This document shows positions 17,657 to 24,259 of a stretch of DNA of 38,191 nt, in pieces (the first letter of the stretch is position 1; each line of letters starts with the position of its first letter). The position numbers and the translations under genes were made by a program. The DNA is taken from contig CAVLAC010000002.1 in assembly GCA_963661055.1 (NCBI GenBank), positions 1 to 38,191 on the forward strand, written 5' to 3'. The stretch is from a bacterium. GTDB lineage: Bacteria; Verrucomicrobiota; Kiritimatiellia; RFP12; UBA1067. The notes below the pieces were generated by a model. That model was not told the origin of the DNA. It did no database searches and saw only the letters and a list, made by a program, of their open reading frames with translations.

Positions 17657-18208
17657 ATGAAAAATAAAATTATAGCGGCTTTGCTGACAGCGACCTTCGC
17701 GTCCGTTGTCTCGGCACAGGTTCTTTATTGGCAGGTAAAGCCAGATGTCACGATTAGTGGTACTAGCACCACTGAGGGTAACAAGTGGAACTATGCTTCG
17801 TTTTGGGCAGTGAATAGTGATAATACGGCTTCATTGGTCACTAGTTACACATTTAATACAGACAAAACAGTAACAGATGTGAGTTATGTTGATACGACCT
17901 ACCTTTCTGGCAACACTCCCGCATATGTTAACTACACATCAACTGACTATACGGGCTACTCGTTCTACATTGAGTTGACCAATTCCTCTGGTGATACTGA
18001 TGTGGGTGTTGCTCGGTCGAATACTTTTGACTCGAGTAGTTTTGGTAATGCTCTTCAAGACGCGGCAAACTTCAATGCCAACTGGACGAGCATCAATGCT
18101 ATTGGCTCTGGTTTGACCTTTACGGCGATTCCTGAGCCGACGAGTGGGCTTATGCTTCTTGTGGGCGCGGCAATCTTGGGTCTGCGTCGCAAGCGCCAAC
18201 AGATTTAA
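17657..18208 (+). CDS. PEP-CTERM sorting-domain protein D (183 aa)
   Basis: Signal peptide MKNKIIAALLTATFASVVSA. C-terminus IPEPTSGLMLLVGAAILGLRRKRQQI has the PEP motif, a TM helix and a basic tail. Confidence 0.85.
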   Translation: MKNKIIAALLTATFASVVSAQVLYWQVKPDVTISGTSTTEGNKWNYASFWAVNSDNTASLVTSYTFNTDKTVTDVSYVDTTYLSGNTPAYVNYTSTDYTGYSFYIELTNSSGDTDVGVARSNTFDSSSFGNALQDAANFNANWTSINAIGSGLTFTAIPEPTSGLMLLVGAAILGLRRKRQQI

Positions 18209-18239
18209 ATCATTAACTTTCCTTTCTGTTATGATTGGA

Positions 18240-18263
18240 GGGGGGCGCAAGCCCCCCTTTTTT
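18240..18263 (+). terminator. Intrinsic terminator: GGGGGGC-GCAA-GCCCCCC hairpin (GNRA loop) followed by TTTTTT.
   Basis: Read directly from the sequence. Located 32 nt after the stop of the PEP-CTERM gene. Confidence 0.85.
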
Positions 18264-18275
18264 GGTTGTGGGCGG

Positions 18276-18356
18276 CTAGAGGGGCTAGAAGTTCTAGATT
18301 AGCTAGAAGTTCTAGTTGTTCTAGAATGGCTAGATTATCTAGCTCGGCTAGAATAG
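18276..18356. repeat. Nine tandem 9-bp units, each starting with CTAG (CTAGAGGGG, CTAGAAGTT, CTAGATTAG, CTAGAAGTT, CTAGTTGTT, CTAGAATGG, CTAGATTAT, CTAGCTCGG, CTAGAATAG).
   Basis: CTAG begins at 18276, 18285, 18294, 18303, 18312, 18321, 18330, 18339 and 18348, which is an exact 9-bp phase. Confidence 0.9.
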
Positions 18357-18389
18357 CGGCTTAGCCCGCTTTTAAGCCCTTGGGGCTCT

Positions 18390-18524
18390 TTGTTAAAACC
18401 CTTGCCCCGTTTGTTAAAACCCCACCCTGCTCTTGTTAAAACCCTTGCCCCCGTTTTTACAAGAGCAGGGCGGGGTTCTAAAGAGAGCAGGGCTGGGTTT
18501 TAAAGAGAGCAGGGCGGGGTTTTG
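18390..18524. repeat. Convergent block of 22-bp-phased repeats. Three forward TTGTTAAAACCC units start at 18390, 18411 and 18433. Three AGAGCAGGGC(G/T)GGGTT units, which are the reverse complement of the longer form of the same unit, start at 18462, 18484 and 18506.
   Basis: AACCCCACCCTGCTCTTG (18418-18435) is the inverted complement of CAAGAGCAGGGCGGGGTT (18460-18477) with one mismatch. Confidence 0.8.
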
Positions 18525-18602
18525 AAAAGGGGCGGCTTGCCTCTTAATTTTGGCTAATTTGGCCCCATTTTTAAAATAATTGCCCCCTTATGTCCTCTAA
18601 TT

Positions 18603-18611
18603 TGGTATAAT
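18603..18611 (+). promoter_or_regulatory. Extended -10 element TGGTATAAT, 7 nt upstream of ATG 18619 (leaderless arrangement).
   Basis: Exact 9-mer. Confidence 0.45.
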
Positions 18612-18618
18612 AGAGGCT

Positions 18619-18735
18619 ATGAAAAACGATAAAGTTTCGGTTCTGAGGCAGCAAACAAATTGGCAGGAACTCTATTTCTACCAAAAGACCGTTACGCTAT
18701 ATCAGCTAACAGTCGTCTTTTGTCGGCTCTTCTAA
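18619..18735 (+). pseudogene. 38-codon N-terminal fragment resembling a four-helix-bundle protein (the family carrying a Y..L.SYQ....YD.TV.FC.RF N-terminal motif)
   Basis: Translation is MKNDKVSVLRQQTNWQELYFYQKTVTLYQLTVVFCRLF*. It is below the ORF-track cutoff and stops where full-length members continue for more than 100 aa. Confidence 0.45.
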
Positions 18736-18758
18736 CCCTTGAGAAAGTAGGCTGTTTT

Positions 18759-18767
18759 TGCTATAAT
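18759..18767 (+). promoter_or_regulatory. Extended -10 element TGCTATAAT for the rdgB-fusion operon.
   Basis: TGnTATAAT located 43 nt upstream of ATG 18810. AAGGTGG SD at 18797-18803. Confidence 0.5.
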
Positions 18768-18809
18768 CTTAGGTGAAATGAGTAGAAGTACTTTGAAAGG
18801 TGGGCGCTA

Positions 18810-20141
18810 ATGCCTGAGATGAGAAAGCCGAAGCTTTATGTGGCAACACATAATAAGCATAAAATCCGTGAAATCGGCGAGATAATGTCCGATTACGAGA
18901 TTGTCGCTGATAACCCTGAGGGTGCCGAGGAGACAGCGGCGACTTTTGAGGGGAATGCGCTCATCAAGGTGCGTGCGATTGCGGTACGGCACTTGGGTTC
19001 GTGGTGTCTCGCCGATGATTCGGGACTTTGCGTTGACGCGCTCGACGGAGCACCAGGCGTCCATAGTGCACGCTATGCGGGTGAGCCCTGTGATACAGCG
19101 GCGAATAATGCGCTCTTGATGAAAAACCTCTCGGGTATCACCAACCGCCACGCGGCATTTGTCTCGGCGGTCGCTCTCATTGACCCTGCTGGCAAAGAGC
19201 ATGTCGTCGTCGGCAAGTGCCACGGACTCATCGCCGAAACGCCCTCTGGCAATGGAGGCTTCGGGTACGACCCCTTATTCATTCCCGAGGGCTATGAAAA
19301 GACTTATGCCGACCTCACAGAAGACGAGAAGAACGCGATCTCTCACCGTGGACGCGCCTTGCAAGCGGCGCGGGAAGTCCTTAACGCGGCGAAAGTTCCG
19401 CGCTCACGCGGCACTTTTCTCGCGTGGCTTCGGTTCTTTCGCGTTGTGAATTTGCCAACATTGCCAGGTGATGTGCTCGTCGGCGCGGCACTTGCGATTG
19501 CCGCGTGCAAAAATATGATTGGGCATTACTCGCCCGCGCCACTCGTAGCGTCCATTCTTGCTTCGTGCTGTCTCTATCTCTATGGACTTGCCGATAACGA
19601 TATTGTTGGCGCGGCGACAGACATAGATCGTCCGATTCCACGCGGCGAAATCTCCCTTGGCGCGGCACGCTTTGCGCGGGGGCTTTGCTGGCTCGGGGTC
19701 TTAATTTGTGCGCTCGTGGGAGGGCTTCCGCTCGCGTGGTGGCTCATTGCTTGTGTGCTTCTCGCTGCCATCATCGCCTATAATCGTCTGAAGATTGCTG
19801 TTTTGATGGGACTTTGTCGCGGACTCAATGTGCTTCTCGGCGCGGCAGTTTTTGGGATTGCCCCTTTAAAGGCTGTCCCTGTTCTTGGCGCGGCACTTCT
19901 TTGGACGCTCTTCATTACTGCGGTCACCAAGTACTCAGAAGGTGAGCACGCCGACCCCGCGAAGCAACGCCGCGTCGGGGTCTTGATTGGCTCGCTCATC
20001 TATCTGCAACTCGCCGTGCTCGTGGGGGCGACGCTAATTTGTCCTGTGCGTCCACTTCAGGCATTCCTTATTACTGGGGCAATCCTGCTCCTCGTCCTTC
20101 GGTTTATGAAGCGGGCATTCCCCCGCGTGGAGGCCTCATGA
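18810..20141 (+). CDS. Fusion protein: N-terminal RdgB/HAM1 non-canonical purine NTP pyrophosphatase (about aa 1-195) joined to a C-terminal UbiA-like prenyltransferase membrane domain (about aa 200-443)
   Basis: N-terminal motifs: ATHNKHKIREI, ADDSGLCVDALDGAPGVHSARYAG, GFGYDPLF, ISHRGRA. The C-terminal half has about 7-8 hydrophobic helices and an Asp-rich motif LADNDIVGAATDIDRPIPRGEIS. The frame is uninterrupted across the junction. Confidence 0.7.
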   Translation: MPEMRKPKLYVATHNKHKIREIGEIMSDYEIVADNPEGAEETAATFEGNALIKVRAIAVRHLGSWCLADDSGLCVDALDGAPGVHSARYAGEPCDTAANNALLMKNLSGITNRHAAFVSAVALIDPAGKEHVVVGKCHGLIAETPSGNGGFGYDPLFIPEGYEKTYADLTEDEKNAISHRGRALQAAREVLNAAKVPRSRGTFLAWLRFFRVVNLPTLPGDVLVGAALAIAACKNMIGHYSPAPLVASILASCCLYLYGLADNDIVGAATDIDRPIPRGEISLGAARFARGLCWLGVLICALVGGLPLAWWLIACVLLAAIIAYNRLKIAVLMGLCRGLNVLLGAAVFGIAPLKAVPVLGAALLWTLFITAVTKYSEGEHADPAKQRRVGVLIGSLIYLQLAVLVGATLICPVRPLQAFLITGAILLLVLRFMKRAFPRVEAS

Positions 20142-20163
20142 AGAAATTAATAGTTATTATTAC

Positions 20164-20190
20164 GGGGCGCAAGGGACTGCGCCCCCTACC
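20164..20190 (-). repeat. GGTAGG-hairpin family member. The + strand reads GGGGCGCA-AGGGAC-TGCGCCCC-CTACC.
   Basis: 8-bp perfect stem with the conserved AGGGAC loop and CTACC flank. Lies inside an operon, ending 3 nt before the GAGGAG SD of the next gene. Confidence 0.8.
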
Positions 20191-20203
20191 GTGAGGAGAA
20201 TTT

Positions 20204-21349
20204 ATGAGAAAGTTAACAGTCATTGCTGCGGGGCTCGGGTGGGATGTGCTTACCCGCAATAAGACGGAAAAGATTGCGGATCTCACCTTCACGCCCAAAG
20301 AAAGCGTCTTCCCTGCTGTCACTTGCGTGGCGCAAGCAACTTTGCGGACAGGGCTCACGCCCGCCGAACACGGCATGATTAGCAACGGAAAGTGGATGGA
20401 CGACCTTCGCAAGCCGCTCTTTTGGGAACAGAGTGCCCGCCTTGTGAAAGGGCACCGCGTCTGGGAGCGCGAAGACGGGGGAAGTCCCGTCGGGCTCTTC
20501 TTCCTTCAGCAGTCGCTCGGCGAATCGGCGAGTGTCATTGTCTCGCCCGCGCCCATTCATAAGCACGGCGGCGGGATGATTATGAGTTGTTATACGCGTC
20601 CAACTGAGATGGCGAAAGTCATAAGCCGCGTCGCAGGGAAGTTCCCGCTCCATCGTTATTGGGGCCCGCTCGCCTCCGCGAAAGTGGGACGCAACTGTAT
20701 TGCTTGGTTTGAGACGATGACAAGCGTGCAGGATGTGGAGGAAGCGTATCTCTATTTGCCGACTCTCGACTATGCCGCCCAGAAATACGGACCTGGCAGT
20801 GCGCAAGACCGCGCGGCGTTTCGTGAATTCACGCGGCAGATTGAGACGCTCTCGCGCCTTTGTATGCAGCGCGGATGCTCGATGTGCGTCATTGGTGACT
20901 ACAATATTACGCCTGTGACGGAAGCGGCGGTGCGTCCGAATGTCGTCCTTCGCCGTGCGGGACTCTTCAAGACACGCACCATAAAAGGAATGGCGTATCC
21001 CGACTTTTATCAGTCGTCCGCTTTCGCGATGTGCGACCACGAGTTCTGTGTATTAGAAGGCGAGAAGGCGGCGGAAGCTGAGAAAGTGCTCCTCGCGACA
21101 GGTGACTACACCTTGCCCGGCGCGGAAGCCGTGCCCAATAAGCGCATTCTACTCGCGAAACAAGGTTCGTGGTGCGAGTACAAGTGGTGGACCGATGACC
21201 GTGAGGCTCCCGACTTTGCCGCGCATGTCGATATTCACAACAAGCCCGGATACGATCCGCGCGAACTCTTCCTCTTCTGTAAAGGCGAGGTCAAGGGTAC
21301 ACACGGACGCAAGTGTGAGGTGGCTTATTCTGAAGGAGATGGACTATGA
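20204..21349 (+). CDS. Alkaline-phosphatase-superfamily protein (nucleotide pyrophosphatase/phosphodiesterase type)
   Basis: N-terminal pattern LTVIAAGLGWDVL..FPAVTCVAQATLRTGLTPAEHGMISNG is typical of this family (the nucleophile Thr lies in the TC context). Also a later GDYNITP. Confidence 0.6.
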   Translation: MRKLTVIAAGLGWDVLTRNKTEKIADLTFTPKESVFPAVTCVAQATLRTGLTPAEHGMISNGKWMDDLRKPLFWEQSARLVKGHRVWEREDGGSPVGLFFLQQSLGESASVIVSPAPIHKHGGGMIMSCYTRPTEMAKVISRVAGKFPLHRYWGPLASAKVGRNCIAWFETMTSVQDVEEAYLYLPTLDYAAQKYGPGSAQDRAAFREFTRQIETLSRLCMQRGCSMCVIGDYNITPVTEAAVRPNVVLRRAGLFKTRTIKGMAYPDFYQSSAFAMCDHEFCVLEGEKAAEAEKVLLATGDYTLPGAEAVPNKRILLAKQGSWCEYKWWTDDREAPDFAAHVDIHNKPGYDPRELFLFCKGEVKGTHGRKCEVAYSEGDGL

Positions 21350-22098
21350 AGATGAACTTCTGTGTGCCCGTTGGAGCATTCTTCGTTGGAATTGCGCTTG
21401 GTTTTGGGCTTGCGCCACGGGAAAGTGCACCGCAAGAAGCGACTTCCGAGCCGACAACTGCCGCGCCGAAGAAGAAGGACATCCTTCCTAAGCGCGAAGT
21501 GCCGCGCTCCGAGGAGGGTGTCCCTCAGGAGAAAGAAGAGAAAGCCCCTATCTTAGTTCGTGAGGAAGTGAAGGACTCGAAGAAGCAGCCCCATAGTCCA
21601 CACGACTATTTTGCCCGTATGAAGAAAGAGCGTCCGCAGGACTATATCAAGATGACGAACAATATGGCGAGGGCGAGAGCGGAGCGCCGCGCTAAGTTAG
21701 ATGATAATCTCAAGTTCTTATCGTCCATTGATGTTTCGAAGTTTAGCGAGGAAGCGACGGCGAATCATGAACGCCTTCAGGAGCTACTCGCGCGGCAGAC
21801 GGAACTCGCGGAGATAATGGACCCCTTACTGCATGAAAATGTGACCGAGGAAGATCGGCGCAAGAACTTCGATGAGATGATGACGGTCACTAGGGAAATC
21901 AACGAACTCAACGCGGCAGAACGCGATACACTCTTTCGGACGGTCGCCGAGGAGATGGGGTGCGCCGAGGAGGATGCGGATACTTTTGTGGAAACACTCA
22001 CGGACATCATAGATGCGACGGGAGGCAACTTCGGTGGGTTCGGTCCGCGTCGGAATTCGCCGCCGCCGCGTCCGCCCGCAGGAGGAGAACAGAAATGA
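21346..22098 (+). CDS. Membrane-anchored hypothetical protein with a charged helical ectodomain or cytoplasmic domain
   Basis: N-terminal TM segment FCVPVGAFFVGIALGFGLA, followed by a Lys/Glu/Arg-rich sequence and a Pro-rich tail. ATGA overlaps at both ends. Confidence 0.6.
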   Translation: MKMNFCVPVGAFFVGIALGFGLAPRESAPQEATSEPTTAAPKKKDILPKREVPRSEEGVPQEKEEKAPILVREEVKDSKKQPHSPHDYFARMKKERPQDYIKMTNNMARARAERRAKLDDNLKFLSSIDVSKFSEEATANHERLQELLARQTELAEIMDPLLHENVTEEDRRKNFDEMMTVTREINELNAAERDTLFRTVAEEMGCAEEDADTFVETLTDIIDATGGNFGGFGPRRNSPPPRPPAGGEQK

Positions 22099-23090
22099 AA
22101 GAGAAGAAGAAAGTTAATTCCATTCAGGATGTCGTCGATTTGGCGAGTGCCTTCTATGGGAGTGCGGTGCTATTTGCCGCGCTCGATGTGAATCTCTTTG
22201 AGCAAGTGGAGAAGGGGACGCTTGACACCTCCTCACGGGGCATGCGCCTTTTGGCGGATGCTTGTGTGGCGCTCGGACTTCTCGCGAAGAAGGGCGATAA
22301 GTACTCCAATACGCCACCCGCGCAAGCGACACTCATTCCAGGTGCGCCCGCCGACCTCACGAAAGCTATCCGTTATAATCGTGATGTGTATTGTGCGTGG
22401 GGCAAGCTTGCGGAGTTTGCTCAGACGGGGCGTCCCGTGGAAAAGCCCGCCATTCATCTTGGCGAGGACGCGACACGTACGAAGGCGTTCGCCGCCGCGA
22501 TGTTTGGACGTGCGATGGGCATTGGGCGCGGCGTTGTGCCGCTTCTCGATCTGCCGCGCAAGGAGGGTGCGCGGGTACTCGATTTGGCAGGAGGGCCTGG
22601 CGCGTATGCGATATTGATGTGTCAGCGTTGCGAGGGGCTGAGGGTCACGACCGTGGACTTGCCCGCCATTAGTGCGGAAGCCGAAGGCTATGTGACGCGG
22701 GCGGGACTCGCCGACCGTATCACTTGTCAGGCGGGTGATTACCATACGGACGACTTTGGCGAGGGACTCTATGATGCGGTCACGATCTTCGGTGCACTCC
22801 ATCAGGAGTCGTCGGTAGAGATTGTGGCGATTCTGAAGAAGGCCTATCGGGCTTTGAAGGCGGGAGGGCAAATTTTCGTCCTCGATATGATGACGGACTC
22901 CACTCACACAGCCCCCGCCTTCTCGGCGCTCTTCGCCGTCAATATGGCTCTCACTACTGAAAATGGCTGGGTTTTCGCGGATTCGGAGCTGAAAGGATGG
23001 CTCAAGGAAGCGGGTTTTGAGCCCGGTCCCACAGTCGCTGTGCCGCCCCCGATGCCTCATTGGCTCGTCGTCGCAGAAAAGAAATCTTGA
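22095..23090 (+). CDS. Class I SAM-dependent O-methyltransferase (family 2-like, with an N-terminal dimerisation-type region)
   Basis: SAM motif I VLDLAGGPGAYA. Downstream acidic and GGxxxVxD motifs (AGGQIFVLDMM). Start set to ATG 22095 (ATGA overlap, GGAGGA SD) rather than 21960. Confidence 0.7.
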   Translation: MKEKKKVNSIQDVVDLASAFYGSAVLFAALDVNLFEQVEKGTLDTSSRGMRLLADACVALGLLAKKGDKYSNTPPAQATLIPGAPADLTKAIRYNRDVYCAWGKLAEFAQTGRPVEKPAIHLGEDATRTKAFAAAMFGRAMGIGRGVVPLLDLPRKEGARVLDLAGGPGAYAILMCQRCEGLRVTTVDLPAISAEAEGYVTRAGLADRITCQAGDYHTDDFGEGLYDAVTIFGALHQESSVEIVAILKKAYRALKAGGQIFVLDMMTDSTHTAPAFSALFAVNMALTTENGWVFADSELKGWLKEAGFEPGPTVAVPPPMPHWLVVAEKKS

Positions 23091-23099
23091 ATTTCATAC

Positions 23100-23128
23100 T
23101 TGACGAAATCGCAAGAATAGTGTAAAAT
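23100..23128 (+). promoter_or_regulatory. Sigma70-like promoter: TTGACG (-35), 17-nt spacer, TGTAAAAT (extended -10), upstream of mreB.
   Basis: Read directly from the sequence; canonical spacing. Confidence 0.6.
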
Positions 23129-23156
23129 ATTAGTCAAATAATCGGAATTAGAAGAA

Positions 23157-24206
23157 ATGTCAGTATTCGGTAAGATAAGGTCGCTGTTCTCAACGGACAT
23201 CGGCATCGATTTAGGTACGGCGAATTCGCTCGTATACGCGAAGGATCGCGGCATTGTTTTGCGCGAACCTTCCGTCGTCGCTATTCAGGCGGGCTCCAAG
23301 CGAGTCCTCGCTGTGGGCGATGAGGCGAAGCGCATGTTGGGGCGCACGCCCGGTAATATCATCGCAATTCGCCCAATGAAATCGGGCGTAATTGCCGACT
23401 TCGATATTACCGAAGCGATGATCGCCTACTTCATCCGTAAGGTCTGCCCGCACCGCTTCTACTCGAGTATGAAGTGGGCGCGTCCGCGTATGGTAATCGC
23501 GGTGCCGAGCGGCATTACGGAAGTCGAGAAGCGGGCGGTCGAAGACGCGGCGCAAAAAGCGGGTGCGGGCAAGGTGTTCCTCATCGAGGAGCCGATGGCC
23601 GCCGCGATTGGCGTCGGGCTTCCCGTCAGCGAACCAGCGGGCTCTATGATTGTCGACATCGGCGGTGGTACGTGCGAAGTCGCGATTATTTCGCTCGCGG
23701 GCATCGTCCATAGCTACTCCGCACGCCAAGCGGGCGGTGACGCGATGGATGAATGCATTATGAAGTATGTGCAACGCGTCTATAACCTGCTTATTGGTGA
23801 ACGCATGGCTGAGATGATCAAGATTGAAATCGGCAGTGCTTACCCAACAGGCGAGGAGAAGACGCTCGAAATCAAAGGTAGGGATATTGTCGCAGGGTTG
23901 CCGAAGACTCTTACGATAACTTCCGAAGAAATCCGAAACGCTCTCAAAGATCCTGTGGGTCAGATTGTGGATGCCGTCCGTATCACGCTCGACAAGTGCG
24001 AGCCGGAACTGGCGGCAGACCTCGTCGACCGTGGGCTCGTACTCTCGGGCGGCAGTTCGCAGTTGCGCGGACTTGACAAGCTCTTGATGGAACAGACGGG
24101 ACTGCCCGTGACCATCGCCGAAGATCCACTCTCGGCGGTTGCGGAAGGTACGGGCGTCGTGATGAACGAGCTGGATTTCCTCGCGAAGAATAAAAGCGAA
24201 TCGTAA
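23157..24206 (+). CDS. mreB: Rod shape-determining actin-like protein MreB
   Basis: Motifs DIGIDLGTANSLVY, VIAVPSG.TEVEKRA and DIGGGT. Confidence 0.95.
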   Translation: MSVFGKIRSLFSTDIGIDLGTANSLVYAKDRGIVLREPSVVAIQAGSKRVLAVGDEAKRMLGRTPGNIIAIRPMKSGVIADFDITEAMIAYFIRKVCPHRFYSSMKWARPRMVIAVPSGITEVEKRAVEDAAQKAGAGKVFLIEEPMAAAIGVGLPVSEPAGSMIVDIGGGTCEVAIISLAGIVHSYSARQAGGDAMDECIMKYVQRVYNLLIGERMAEMIKIEIGSAYPTGEEKTLEIKGRDIVAGLPKTLTITSEEIRNALKDPVGQIVDAVRITLDKCEPELAADLVDRGLVLSGGSSQLRGLDKLLMEQTGLPVTIAEDPLSAVAEGTGVVMNELDFLAKNKSES

Positions 24207-24259
24207 AGTCCTAGGCGAGTCCAGACACTCCCGTGACAGGTGACGAAGGATTCGCGTAA

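Noticed and set aside
18276-18524. Possible CRISPR array, given the dense direct repeats.
   Set aside because: The units are 9 bp or 22 bp and contiguous or nearly so, with no unique spacers of 25-40 bp. The second block is convergent rather than unidirectional. No cas genes are present in the window.
19380-19460. Possibility that the RdgB-UbiA fusion is two genes merged by a sequencing frameshift.
   Set aside because: This is not rejected outright. The sequence shows a continuous frame, no stop codon and no SD-preceded start at the junction, so it is reported as a fusion. The artefact test is listed under the corresponding finding.
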